Notes: generated by a model not told the origin, from the sequence alone. A stretch of 55,292 bases of DNA, filler included, from Sphacelaria rigidula (GCA_964200075.2; 4 parts of 4 records of this genome joined end to end with filler, not necessarily neighbours in it); one strand, 5' to 3'; counted from the first letter of the whole stretch, positions 38,201-51,900 are shown. Translations and numbers: made by a program.

Positions 38201-38848
38201 AACGAACACCAACAGAAACAAACAGTACAGTGGAAGTATATAATAAATCTCAAGTTGATCTTGACAACCCGTCAGTCTCACATGGGAAAGAGAGGAATCT
38301 CTCGTTCTGTTCACGATGTATTAAACAGTACCAAGAGTTGACTTCTCATTACTAGCAGGTTCGGATAGTGGCGAAACAATATGCGTCCACGACCTTCCCA
38401 CTCATGTGCTGTTTTGCTCTCTTTTGTGTGGCCTTCTTACCGGAAGTCATGCGGCAGGGACCCGCCATTTTTGTTCCTCCCTCGGGACTAGTTTTAGGTC
38501 TTAGCTAGGTACTGTTCTTGATTTTGTATTTGTGTTTCCTTTCCCCATCTGTCTCTCTCTCTCCCCGTTTTCTCGTGTTCACGCCACTGTCGTCGTTATC
38601 TCCTTTTTTTGCCCATATTTTCCCTTTCCCGGATTTCGCCAGCGAGTACTCCGTTGGTGTACCCAGGGTACACCTACTTTGTGACCACGGTCGGATGCAT
38701 AGCGAACCAGCAAGTGTTGATGTGCGGCATCACTCAATCAAAATATATCAGACGCATCGCTATTGACATACTCAGGTGTGCCCTGCGCTTCAGGAGGTAT
38801 GCCGGGGCTTTTGTCGGCTAAAAACCATATACAGGAGTGGAAGTTGAC

Positions 38849-39845
38849 CTGTACTCCGGCTTTGGCTCTGCGCACGACTGTGAGTTGCTGCCGAAGTGTT
38901 TTCAACATGCCCTCGGCCTTGGTGAGCCTTCCTTCCGTCATCGACAGTTCGTCCTTGAGGTTTCTCATCTGTTACGAAAAGTTAGCAGGCAGGCACGCTT
39001 AGTGACGAAATTCTGGGGTTTCGTCGGGACTGTCGCTCTCTTCTTGTCGTTATCAAGCGTACGGTTTCGAACAACGTGACAGTTCTCCTGAATGAATTGG
39101 GCCACGTCTGCTGAGTACGGAGACGACCCGCAACACTGCAACACTGCAACACTTCGGCAATCGTGAATCCCGACGATCTCGTGTTGCCCACGTTCTTTCG
39201 GCAGTCATATACAGCGACCCTGATGCAACCTAGTATTAAACGATTATGTCTCCCACATACATGTACGCCAGATTTCAAACAGGAACCTCTCAGCGCACCA
39301 CCGTTCCCTTTTCCTTGCTCAGATTCTATACATTTCTGTATGGGTTCACCTCTCGCATGTTCGTCGTCATCACTCCGATAACTTTGTCTTTGTCGCGCAA
39401 ATCACTTTCCAGATCCAGTAGCTTCTGCTTGCTACGCTCAGCTTCCCTCAGACATTTCTGTACAGTGTCACATGTTACGAAGGACGTCGTTGTCAGTCTT
39501 GTCAAGTGCTGCGGGAAGAGATGTTTACCCGGTAAGCATTCGGCACTTGTAGCAGCCGCTCACCTGCGGAGCCATTTAGGTGTCTGCGCTCATGAGTCGG
39601 GAAACTAACGACGAGAGCATCAACGTTATCGTTTAGTTTCATTCTCGAACGATGGAAAGAGCAGCGTGCCTCCAGTTCCACCTTATAGACTGTTCCCTTA
39701 CCTTGCCCAGAGCCTACACATTTCTGTATGGCTTCACCTCTCGCACGTTGATCGTCATATCTCCGATAACTTTATCCTGGTCGCGCAAATCACTCTCCAG
39801 GGCCAGTATCTGCTGCTTGCTATGCTCAGCTTCGCTCAGGTGTTT
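38849..39845 (-). CDS. Coiled-coil exons, possibly the 5' part of the ARM-like gene
   Basis: Three phase-0 AG/GT exons: 39845-39738 KHLSEAEHSKQQILALESDLRDQDKVIGDMTINVRE; 39457-39350 KCLREAERSKQKLLDLESDLRDKDKVIGVMTTNMRE; 38968-38849 MRNLKDELSMTEGRLTKAEGMLKTLRQQLTVVRRAKAGVQ. Confidence 0.55.
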
Positions 39846-40080
39846 CTGTATAGTGTCACATGATACGAACGACGTAGTTTTCAGTCTTGCCGAGTGCTAC
39901 AAGAAGCGGTATTCACAGGGTAAGCATTCGGCACTTGTAGCTGTAGCCCACCTACGGAGCCGTTCCGGTGTATTTGCCCATGAGTCGGGAAACTAATGGT
40001 GGGAGTATCAACGCTATCGTTTAGTTTCCTTATAAGTCGATTGAGAGAGAACTGTGCCTCCAGTTCCACCTTTTAGACTG
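39327..40080. repeat. Tandem duplication, 388-bp period
   Basis: catttctgtatgg, gtaagcattcggcacttgtagc, catgagtcgggaaactaa and tgcctccagttccacctt each occur twice, about 388 bp apart. Confidence 0.92.
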
Positions 40081-40964
40081 GCAGAGGTTATGGCACCTGC
40101 GGCAGTTGGTTTCACAAGCGGCAACAAATGTCAGATAAGCAAACGTTGATTTTCAGGAGTAACCGGCACGAAAGGGGAAGGCGTCATTGTTGTACCTATA
40201 GGATGTCGCGTTGTAAGTTGTTCTCACGCTGCCGGTAAATTTCATTTTCCCTGCTCGTCTACGCCAAGTTCTGCCGAATCATGTCTTGTGTGCCATGTCA
40301 TGAAACGTGTGGGAAAACATACCCGGAAAAAGGCAGGTGTGTTTGGAATCGGCGAGCAGGGCTACCGTGTGGATGACGAGCACAGGTTGCAGCACCGCAG
40401 TAGGCTCCTCACGCACGAACAGGCGCGAACGTGCACACGGAACAAAAACGGCGAAGGACAACCCCCAACCTACGGAACGACATCACTGGTCCTCATATCA
40501 TTTGAATATACGGACAATGGGCAGAAAGGGGTACAACCCCAAACTTTGATCACGAGATCTGGGGCTAGAAAAGGTTCGTTCCACCGTTGCAGGTGCGTCG
40601 AAAATTCTCTTTTGTGTAATCGGTTGCCTTGCTGGCGACCACCGCATGCCACCACCCGTGAAACGCGGCGCTCTGCAACTGCTAGCATTTTCAGCGAAAC
40701 TGTTCTCTCACCATCGTTCGTACATGGCGCTCTGCCAATACAACTGACGTAGTTAAATGCCCCGTCCCACATGAACTGCAGTTACCGTTACGTTGATCCG
40801 CATCGCCAGTGAAATGTTCTTGTTCAGTCATTTCTCGTTTGTTCATCGGGTGAAGTTGTAGCGCAGAATAAATTCCAATGCTTGAAAGTAGGCCCGCACA
40901 CCAAAAGTTGGTCATATGAAAAGGTGGTACATACCTCACTTCGAACACCATGCACCCCCTAAAA

Positions 40965-41435
40965 AAACACGCCACTCAATTCGTAAGCTAGGCACCCAGG
41001 TTACCGTTTGTTTTTGCGCGCTTGCATATTTTTTGCGGGAACAATAATGGTGGTCGAGCTAGATCATATTGTGCCGGGTGGGAGAATCTCAATTCCGCGC
41101 AAAGGAGGTGGTCATCATACGTAGTGTCTAAATGGTGAGACACCCAGGAGGCAGTATGGCACCCGTAGTTGTCTCTAGAAGTGGCGATGCCAGAAAATGA
41201 GTCAACTCGTAGTAGGCTGTCATCTATATGCAAGTAATCAGTACGCTCCGGGTCGACTAATCATAGTAGGATGCAGCTCACCATTCGTGCGACTTGCCGA
41301 ACACATCACGGCGCTTCGCACTTGGTGATTGAGTGCAAGCCTGGCCCGTCGAAAACCTGGCGTGTTCCGTCGCGGCTTTGTAGGGATATGAGGTCAATGG
41401 TTATATGGCCACGGCATGCAAGATCGTGAGTACAA
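40965..41435 (-). repeat. Dispersed repeat family B copy
   Basis: acacgccactca, gctaggca.ccaggt.accgttt and ttgtgccgggtgg are shared with 18770-19300. Confidence 0.8.
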
Positions 41436-41446
41436 CCCCCCCCCCC

Positions 41447-41546
41447 NNNNNNNNNNNNNNNNNNNNNNNNNNNNNNNNNNNNNNNNNNNNTTAATTAATT
41501 AANNNNNNNNNNNNNNNNNNNNNNNNNNNNNNNNNNNNNNNNNNNN
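41447..41546. other. Synthetic contig spacer
   Basis: 44 N + TTAATTAATTAA + 44 N. Confidence 0.97.
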
Positions 41547-41752
41547 CTAACACGCCACCAATCCATCCCGGCTGCCAATTCTGCGGGGCGTGTCAGCGGG
41601 TAGAGGCGGGGGGGGGAGCGGTCCGTACAGCACAGTAGTACAGTACAGTGTACGTGTTGCAGCCTCATCACCAAAAATTATTTCACAAATTGCACGATCG
41701 GCTGTTACTGATGGACAGTTCTTAGTCACACGGCTTTTTGGCCATCGCACAC

Positions 41753-41984
41753 CTGAGTCTGCGCCACGAGTCGCCTGATGAGGATACGGTCGGCCAAAGG
41801 TGCAAGCTTTCTCGCGAGGGACGCCTGTGCGGACAGGACGGACGAGGCGACGACGAGCGGCTGTCAGTAGCGTACAGCCTTAGGCGTACAGCCTTCCTTG
41901 CTCGGTTGTTTTTGAAACTCCATCAAGATCTACAGCATGGGGAAGGAGTGCAATCGGCAGTGCTTTCTAGACATATCTCACCAT
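41753..41984 (-). CDS. HSP10: Chaperonin 10 (GroES-like, probably mitochondrial), first two coding exons; remainder off contig
   Basis: ATG|gtgaga (41984-41982) splices to cacag|41824-41753|gtgtgc, giving MASLARKLAPLADRILIRRLVAQTQ with the Cpn10 N-terminal PLxDRxL signature. Confidence 0.85.
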
Positions 41985-42639
41985 AATGAGGTAGACGGTT
42001 TGTGGGTGCTTCCTGCAGACGAGTGGTTCTCGTGAAGTGTTATCTAAGCAGGTGAGCGTCCCTACTGTGCCCGGACAGGTGGGCCCTCGAGTTTTCCAGA
42101 AACAATGGATGATGGCACTCGGGAGTCGCATCGATGGATTATGACAAAAGTGCAGGCAACGAGAGTCGTTCACTTAACTCCAACTCTGAACTCAGGAACT
42201 TCCAAGTCCTTTATATCGGTGGTCTGTATACTACTGCATGTGTTCGAGTTTGTGCCCAACACTAATACAGTTATACTGAATTTTTAGCCGGATACTGCAT
42301 TTAGTAACAGCACGGGATTGCACAAATCAAATAGAGAATAGATTTTTTCAGGGTGTGAACCTTGGATCCCTTCATAGTAACCATCGACATACTGTACAGT
42401 AATGAAAACACACGTCGGACAGCTCATGAGCTACCTGGATAGTACTTCTTATTACGGTACTGATCCGGATCATGAGCTAGCTCATTTGGTCACTATTTCC
42501 GCATAAGCTCCCGACAGCGACGGATGCCGAGCACGCCGTGTAGCGGGAAGGTAGCGAACGCTTTGGCTTCTCGGACACTGCTGTCATGTATTTTGTGATT
42601 TCGTACGATGGGTCTGAGAGTTCTCTTCGATTAGTTATT

Positions 42640-43590
42640 TCAGGTAGGTCAGCCTTCCCAAGCGTGTCATGAACGGTCGGCTTTCCACGCGAGGACCCTA
42701 GGAGGTCGGCCAACCCTCCAAGCAGCGGGAGGATACCCTAAAGGAGAACCTACGTGCGGGGCTGTCCCGTACAAAGGAGCCCGACGAAAGTGGTTCGTCT
42801 ACGGTGTAGAGGTCAACGATGCATACGATTGGGTCACTGCGGCGAAGGACCTGGGCAAATGGCACATTGGAGTCGAAAAGGGAGCAGAAGAGTTTGAGGA
42901 TACGTGGCGACGCGCGGACAAGCGAGAATCAGGCCGACGTCACAAGCGAGAGGCTGCTACGTCGAGGGCTGCCAACCGGAAAATTCTGTCCTCTCATATC
43001 GGTTGTTAATTATATCCTTAGTCGGTTAGCTCCGCGGTGCCCACTGGTGTGTGTCTGTATCTACTCTGCTGCCACGAATCCCTTGGGCCTTTTTTTTTTC
43101 CCATTCTTTTCTTTTCTTCTTCTCCTTTCTTTTNNNNNNNNNNCCTCTCTCTTTCCCTTTTTTCGTTTTTTTTTTTTTTTTCCCCCCCCCCCCCCCCCGT
43201 CCCCCTTCCCCCTTTTTTTTTTCCCATTCTTTTCTTTTCTTCTTCTCCTTTCTTTCCCCCCCCCCCGCCATTGTTTCATTGTATTTTTTATTTCAATTTT
43301 TTTGCTTTGTACTTTCCTCTTGTTTTCTTTTTTCTTGCTTCACGTCGGCCATTTCTTTCTGTGCTTTGCTTGTGCTGAATTTTCATTATATTTTTTTTCT
43401 GTCACGACTTAGTCTGCTCTGTCGTTCTGTTCGACCCCCCTCTTTCTTTCTTTTTTTCTTTTCCTTTTTTTTTTTTCCTTGAAGCGTGTTTTAATTTCGT
43501 TTTTTTGGGGTACGTCTAATCATGAGACCACGGCTGGACCTCTGGGGGGTCAGTTAAAGTGCGACAATCAAATCAGACCAATCAAACCAT
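42640..43590 (+). mobile_element. 5'-truncated RTE LINE (ORF C-terminus + 3' UTR)
   Basis: LPKRVMNGRL and DWVTAAKDLGKWHIGVEKGAEEFEDTWRR, followed by the pyrimidine-rich 3' UTR shared with 34270-34709. Confidence 0.85.
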
Positions 43591-43899
43591 GAGCTGTACA
43601 AGGTGTGATATTTTCGGAATAAAAATACAAATGCACTCTCCGGGGCGAGATGTGTGGCCTCGCTCATCCTCCAAAGAATCCGCACGTAATCTGCAGAAGC
43701 TCGTCTTTGTGCCGAACAACTTCGAACTCCGCTCATTCCCGTACAGAAACTGTTCTTGTTTGTCAGAATCCCGATTCAACACGAGATTGTATTAATAATT
43801 GCATTAAAAAGTGCCGTTTTGGTCCTTCTTGGTCCTTGTACGCTGGAAGAGGGTCAGACAGACTTCGATATCTCAGATTGACTTGCTGCACCCTGAGAC

Positions 43900-44900
43900 A
43901 GTTCCATGGCATCCGTGTGTTTTCCGGTGGCCGCAGTCATAAAATTGGCGAGATCTACTTGCAATTTCTCGGACAGCGAACGGTCGTTCACGAAAACTTC
44001 GATTTTTTTGTAGGTTTCCGCACACATGTCATACTTTATATTAATACTTGGGGACGAGGGCAGGAAGTCCTCGGTCAAACGCGCACCGGAAAACGCGAAA
44101 GTGTGCCGGAATACCCCCAGGTACTAGACCAAATCATTCCGACGTGGCCGCATCCGCCTAGCCTTTTCTTGGACGAGAGACGTCGCACAAGAGTCGAGCA
44201 CTTTTCCGTGAGATGATGACGAATTCTGACCACCTTTTCAACAAGGTTTTCGTGAGATTGAGAGCAAAGGACGATTGAGAGTGAAAAGCGGTCAATAATA
44301 TGAAATAATATTAGTGAATGACCCGTTTCAGTTCCGGAATATCCCTCCACAAGGCCCACTATGCTTCCTGTGGTAGCTTGCCACTGCGGCCCTTGATATC
44401 CCTGAGTAGGATATCGATGTGTAGCTGTAAGCACACGCGAGTGATGAGCGCAGAAAAAAACACACATGGAATGAAAAGTTGGCCAAGTTAAAGCGAATGA
44501 TCGAAACGACTCTCAATCTCGCGAAAACGTTTTTTTTGGACCATGTAGGAAGCGACCTGATACGAAAAAAGTACGAACATGAAGACGCGAGTTTCACGAC
44601 AAACCAACGAGGCCGATTCCTAATAACCTGGATGGCTACACGTGACTACCGTCACTAGCCGGGTAGGACGACATGCTTGGCTTTCCCTGACTCTTTAATA
44701 TCCAAAAGGTACAGCCATCTGACCCGGTATGATTTTCTTGACCGGCTCCGCCCGTCCAACATTCGTTGGCGACCGGCAGTTGTTGAGGTTCCACCACTCG
44801 GGACTCAAACATATCAACTCTAGGTTGGTCACTGGAACATGTGATGAACAAGTGATTTCGCTGAATATTACACTCCGTCAGGGACCGAGGACCATGGAAT
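43900..44900 (-). pseudogene. Degenerate Ulp1/C48-peptidase-like relic
   Basis: Ordered fragments LICLSPEWWNLNN (cf. LxPxxWLND), WSKKNVFA...FNLANFSFH (cf. WxKKxDIF..PINxxxxHW) and PRRNDLV*YLGVFRHTFA (cf. PQQxNxxDCGVF). Catalytic residues are decayed. Confidence 0.35.
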
Positions 44901-45920
44901 ATACGGTATACGGAGATCACCTCATCATCAGCGGTGGCGCTGGCAGTAGAGCTGGTCAGAAAAATAAAGCGTCGGGGTTACATGCGTTGAAGGTCAGTCG
45001 GTGTATCGTTCCTGAAGGGGGTCTTGCGCCCAAGGCGTCACCCAAAAACTTTCTTGTTCATCATACATTACTGGTGTCTACTTAGAGGGGTGGACAGGGC
45101 GCTTGTGTTCGCCACAGCAATTTTTTCTAAAACAAATGCGTGATGGGAATGATAATCTGTCAGGAATAATGATTTGTAAAAGTCGACTGCGTCGAAAATG
45201 CAAAATGGCACACGCCACGTTGATACATGCAGAATGGTAGATGGTGGACAATACTCCAATTTGCGACAAAAACACGTACTAGAAAAACATCGCTCGAGCG
45301 ATAGTGATTCTCAGGTAGGACACAGAAAGTTTGGCCCAAATATCCCGAGAATCTCCTGGCTGACAAACTTTGCAAAATGTAACTCCTTCATTCTTTTTTT
45401 TCTTCCAACATCACACTCTCAACCCCTCCCTTTTCGCGGGACGAGTCTGTGGTCTCGACGTATCAACCCATTTCCCCCCGGTACTCCCTACACTATAATT
45501 TGCCAAAAGTACAAAGAGTGAAAGAATCCAGCTACTTCTCGTCTTGAGGAGAACGACGCAACCAACACAACTACGTCGTTCGACAAATGTCCCTCTGCGG
45601 CTGCTACTGTCGCGAGGTCACTCCTTCCTTGTGGTCGGCTGAATCAATCAAAACCGGGCTTTTTTTTAACCGGTACATACAAACTTAATCATCAAACATG
45701 AACACCATACGACGTACAAGAAATTTTTGCTTTGCACACTCTGCCCAAGCCGAATACGCTGGCAGGCTAAACATCGCCAGGTTGAACTGTTCAAGGGGGA
45801 ATTTCCTTCTAATATAGCATGCTCTCGGGGTTTGGGGTGTCCCACTTCCTGAGCTATTTGCGTTGTCCCTCGCCGCCTGTCGCCCCCAGCACAGAGGCGA
45901 CTACATACAACAAAGGTGGG

Positions 45921-48900
45921 TCAAGGTCGACGGTCACGTGTAGGGGCAACCGGTCGCACGAAATACACCTGAACGTTTATTGGCCCTGACCCGTCCGCCA
46001 CAGCGCAACGGACAATGACTTTCGAGAGCAACTCAATGGTCGTAGTAGTCCAGTCGTGCGTCACCGTAGATGTTGCCTGCAGGTGTAACGGGCTTCCAAG
46101 CTCGTCATGCATCACCTTGATGTCTGGAATCTTGTCCAGGTACACAGTCGACGAGATCCCCAATAGTGGAACGTTGACCGTGAAGGCTCGCGAGCCCAAG
46201 GACACCACCACAGCTTCCGCTTCCAGTGGGTTACTCCGCAAATACACCGCGAGGTACACCTGCGGGAAGGATCAAAGTGCCCGTGTCACCAAGTAACAGT
46301 ATAGTTCTCACAGTTTGACTGATTGTCGCACAGTAACACTCCGATACGAATACACCCGGGGCCACAAGATTACGTACGTGGGGAAAATATTCGGACATTG
46401 CCAAGTAAACCCGAGGTGGGGAATAAACGACGAAGAGGTAGAGAACAAAAAGATACACTGCAAACGAGGACACACACATAACAAGTCACAGCAATACCCA
46501 AAATACATAGCTTAGCCGTGAAGGTGTGTGCTTGTGCAGCCGCGTGTTATCTACACAGTGCCACATTCCAGTGCATAAACTCGTTCACGGTTGACAGCGT
46601 GAAAGCACAGCACAAGCAGGGCTACCAGACGTATAATCATCACACGAAACAACGCTAGGCTGGAGAAAAGATCCTCCGATCAACTGCTCGTCATGAGGTG
46701 CAACGAATCGTCCATTTTCACGACCCACGTCCTCACCAGATCGCAACGTTCCTGTGCATTCTTTGCTGCAAAGCGCATCTCGTTGCAATGTTGCGCGGTC
46801 TTCTCTACGTCGGTGACACTGTACGTCTTCTCCACCATCTCGGGACCACCGAGAGCAGCGGTGAGAATCCGGTGTACCATTACGTCCGCATATCGGCGGA
46901 TTGGGCTGGTGAAGTGAGTGTAGATTGGTATGTTCAATGCGTAATGTCGCCAGCTGCAGGTTGCACCAGCTGTCACGTATCCCGCGGTTTTCATTGGAAT
47001 TGTGACCATCATCGTCAGCGCCTGACAGACACACACAAGGGTTTAGAAGGTGTGGGTCATTCAGAGAGGCAAGTGCCGTACGTCGAAAAATGGGGCTGCA
47101 ACATTGGGCAAGGGTGGCTCTGTGTTGTTTAGCAGCAAGCCCGATCAAACGTTCCTCCGCGTATATACGCGCTTCCGTCGACTACGAGTGTACGAATGAG
47201 CGGCATATTAGATATCGTTCTCACAGGAATTTCCATTTGGATCTGTGGGCGAACGCAGGATTCGTATCGCTATCTTATGACCTGAAACTCGATATGAAAG
47301 GGGGGCACCGACAAATGGTTTGCGTCGGCAGATCAACAGTTTCTACGCACCTGCACTAATCCTTCGTCTTCAATGTTAGCGCGAAGTCTCTTCAGAGAGG
47401 CGTGTATGCTTCCTGAGGATTCAATGTCAATACCAATATCTCTCGTTGCCAGATCCTCCTTCAGGCTTGCCAGCCCTATAGAGCACAAAGGACAGGGGAC
47501 AATTTTTAGTGCAGCAGAGGGCGACAGTTGTAAACGTTGAGTATCTACGAAGGACGCGGCGTGCGAGCAACGAAATCTCGACGGACTCAACACACCTCCA
47601 TCACACGGAGGCGGGTGCCACCTCAGTAACGCCCGATCGCCGGCGCCGTTCATAGTCTGGAAGGCAAGCGCAGGAAAATATGAACGGGACAACACATGCG
47701 TGCGACATTGTGAGGCGTGTTGAGCACTAGAGCACTTCGGCAGCAGTAGGTGCGCTCTGCGTAGGTCAAGAGTCGACCAGCCTCTTGTGCAGTGTCCACT
47801 TCGTGATTTTCATCCACGATGGAGCGCGATTGTGCTAAAGAGATCGCACTTACACCTGGCGACAAGGTTCCCCAGCGCCGTCGATCCCAACAAAAAAACC
47901 CCTACTTGTACACCAGGTCCTTGATCGATCGGGAGTGATGATTTCGACAACGACGTTCAGCCTCGACAAGGAAGACGCGCGAGTGATATCAAAGGCTTGG
48001 GCAACGAAGCAGCAGCGGTAGTCATAGACTGCGGGAATGAGTGTCTCACCTTTTGCGCTACCAAGTAGTTCGCGAGCAACATATATTCCTGGGCGAAATA
48101 ATCGACGCGCACGGAGGGTTAGCGCGGAGCAAGGTCAGCAAATACTGCCGAGTCATCAATGTACGGGAGAATATCAACGCTGGAAATAAACAGTTGTAAG
48201 CACCGCAGGCGACGGACGGACCTGGCGCATACTGCGCTTACTGCAGATGAGTAGCACTCCTCACGCGAGGCTAGCACGAAGCGAAGGTAACGAGTTGCAC
48301 CGACAAATTATCGCCGGGAAAGCGTCAAGTTTGAAATGTGCAGTGAGTGGATTGCCATCATTCAACTCGAAGTATAGTAGGTACTATGAAGCGACGACTT
48401 CGAGAGCAGCGTCACTACTCTCATAAACGCGTGCTCACAAACCTCTACAAGTCTGTTGCTGTCTCTGATCGGGTATGATCCGAAAGAAATAGGGTTTCCA
48501 TTCTCGTCAAGCTCGAAGGTCAGCTTCGGTGTGTTCAGGGACAGCGCCCCGCTTTCGAAGCGCTTCGCTCGCCGCTCCTTCGCCAAGGCGTGGAGTAAAA
48601 GCACATCTTTGCAGACCTCATCACACGTGAATCCGGAGGGTTGTCTGCGCGACCAAAACCCATACCCCAGCCATGACCAGAGTCAAGAGACATGCATGAA
48701 CGGAATTGCAGCAGACACCAGCATACGGGGATATTGGCATACGCATGCCGCACTTCGGCCCGCTTCGAAAATTCCGCGATATATTATACAATCGGCAGGT
48801 GCCACAGCGACGCAAAATTGAGAGAAACAGTAAACGATTGGAACTTCTCCGCGCTCGCCTGTGAAGATCCCACAAGTCAGGTGTGATGGAAGACGGATCG

Positions 48901-51900
48901 CCTGGCCGAATGGTACCCTCGATCATATGTTGCGCGGTAGTGTAGTCTAGCTTGGCGCACGACCGTATTACCGTACGCCCGAACCATGCTGGCTCGTCCA
49001 CCATCGTGCCGTCTCGGTTCATTTTCCAGACGCAGGAGTATGCCAGGCGGTCTACGCCAGGGTTCAAGCTGCACAACTCCTCACACAACAATGGTGGCAA
49101 CATTGGAAGCGCCTGCGAGAGACACAGTGGAGTCAAGACTATCGGTCATATGCAGAAGGGCGCGTTCAGGACTCATCTTCAAACCAACTCTAACGGTGAT
49201 TTAGGGTAGACAGTTTTGTACGGCTCATGAACCCCCATGAAATTCCTCGCCATTTTTAAACGTAAAGTAAGCACCTCAGGCAGAACATGCACTCCATAGT
49301 ATAGGGAACACGCATATATATACATATATATATATATATAAGTACGCACCTTTTGTACCAGGTACACTGTCGTGCCCCGCCGCCGAGCTTCTCTATCGAG
49401 GTCGGAGTTGGGTTTGAGAAAATACGTCACGTCCGCAATATGCACCCCGATCTCGAACGTCCCATTTCCCAGCGGAGTGATGCTCAGGGCGTCGTCCAGA
49501 TCCCGAGCGGTGGTGGGGTCAATCGTGAAAATGCGCTCATTTCTCAAGTCGCGTCTCCTTGCAACCTCGTCTTCGGGTATCTTCCACTTTGATCCCCGAA
49601 CGTTTACCCCAGGGTCCATCCCGGGTTCCCTTTCCCCTGGCAAAAATTCTTCGAGGGATCGCAACACGGTACGGGGGAAGTCTCCATGGTTTACCTTATG
49701 CCCTTCCAGCACAGCCTCTGTCTCAGCGTGAATCTCACCAGCCTCTCCGATGAACCGTACTCTTTCTCCCCACGGCAGCTTCGATGATGACAACCATGTG
49801 GGCTTGAGGCGCGCCATAAAAATCGACTTGCTGTATTTGCCGGGATTCTGTGGCGGACAACAACCATTCACGAGAATACTCACGGTTACAAGAAACCACA
49901 TGGGATCGTACTCATCACGACGCATGTACGTGAGCAACACGGCACGCGCGAGTTTCCAACAGTACTCCTGTTACTGCCGCGCACACTCACGTCCAGGAAG
50001 AGCGACGGCAGCTCCCTCAGGGAGATGAGCATGTGCGGGACGCGCCTATCCGCCGGGTGAAACATCACGTACGAGTCCTTGTCAGAAAGCCGTCCGTCTC
50101 CATTTGACACCACCAACGAACCCATGTGCTCTGCCTGCGAATAGAAACAGGCGTGTGAGGATGTCATGCCGGGAGGATACCCTTCCAGTGCCGCCGCGAG
50201 GGAGCTATATCGCCGCGTACATGCCAACGACAGGCACTGCCACGTGTGCGCTCATTTGACCGGAGGGGAGCGGGGGGGGGGGGGGGATGCCTGCTCGGCC
50301 TCTTCTCGCCGTGAGAATATGATTTGCGATAGTATGGCCACTTCTGCACCTCTTATGTTGTATTATACAACACTCGTACGTTTCAAAGGACTCTTCATAT
50401 TTACATGGCAACCGTCACCACAGCAAGTTGATCATATCGGTTGAATATATGGTTCGAGTGTATTGTTGGATGGCGATCCGGCTCATGAAAAGTGCAGGAT
50501 ATCGACACCGAAGCTTCAAGTTTCCGAAATTACGTAGATCAAGCAAGAGCAACGGCTAAGATCGTGTCTCGCCGCGAGGGATAAAGTATGCTTGCTGAAT
50601 CACTTGGCAAAAGTATCAGCGCCCACAAGGCAACGATTACCCTGAGTCTTACCGAAAGCACTCGTTTCGTCCAGATCAGATCAGGATCCGCACAGGCTCA
50701 AAAATGCAGCGGTTTTCGGAATGGGCGTTGGCTCAACATCTAGGTGCTGGTACGAAGACGCGACAAAGAGGCACAATCCACCTACCGGTGCATACCAAGC
50801 CCCGCGAAAAACAGCGGAAGTCGCTCACCACTCACGCGCGTTACCTACACCGTTAGCCCTTGCTCATCTACAAACGACGGTCTCTGATGGAAATCCGTTC
50901 AGTACTAAAGGAAGGGCTGCCACGAGCCCATCATACAAAATCATAAATGTGCCGTTGCTGATGACGCTATGTGTGATCGTTTTCGGCTGGCGTCAGGCAC
51001 AAGTTGGTATTCCTCATAGAATTCTGAACGAACTCACTTGACCAAAGCGGAGCACAGCATAAAACTCGGCATGCGCTGGCGACGTAGTATGACGATGGGA
51101 TGGAAGCGATTGTGGGTTGCCGGCATGTGCTACGTAATCTTCATCTTCCTTTTTGCTACTCTTAGAGTTTCGTCACATCCCGCCAACTCGAACGTCAAAG
51201 TATGATGGGTGGGTGCAGCTATGAGCTATACAAATGTAGTGGCATACCTCGCATTTGGAAGTCGGGTGCTGTATGCACTCATCGTCCGATCTTTCGCAGC
51301 GTCATGCCAGCATGGTCGCGCCAATATTTAAAGCACAGGGGAATGGATGAGGGCGAGTGTATGCGTGCGAGAACTAGCTCCTTTTCGAAAGTGTGGAGAA
51401 AATTTCAAGTTTGCACTTGTGACGAGAAATTTTGATATTTCATCAAGGGAAGACATTGCTGTCAGTTCGGGCTTGAGTTCCCCACCCCCTTGGGCTTTCG
51501 GAAATGTCGCACAAACTGGCGGAAAACCACCATACTTCCGTAGGAAAAAAATTTAGGTACAATAGCTGCAGGAATGAATTACCGTGCATAGACAACTCGC
51601 TTAAGGTGAACAGATATTTTGCTAGACACCCCTTTTAGAGTGTGGCGCGGTCTCCAGCCAACCCCAAAACTCAGCAACCTCAAGTCTTGTGTTACCGCTC
51701 CACTTTGATCTCCCTGACCCGCAGTCATTCTGTCGAAAATTGAGTACATCCTCGTTCCGAGCACAGTAACATATTCCTACTGCGTGAATTAGCTTGAGTG
51801 TCAGAGGTTTGGCCACACCTGGCAGCAGCCTAGCTACTAATATTTGGAGGACCCCCTCCCCCTCCGCAAGCATTGAACTTGGGCTGACGTGATAGCGTTG

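Noticed and set aside
42819..43482. Phe/Pro/Lys-rich ORFs
   Set aside because: Low-complexity RTE 3' UTR with homopolymer noise and an assembly gap.
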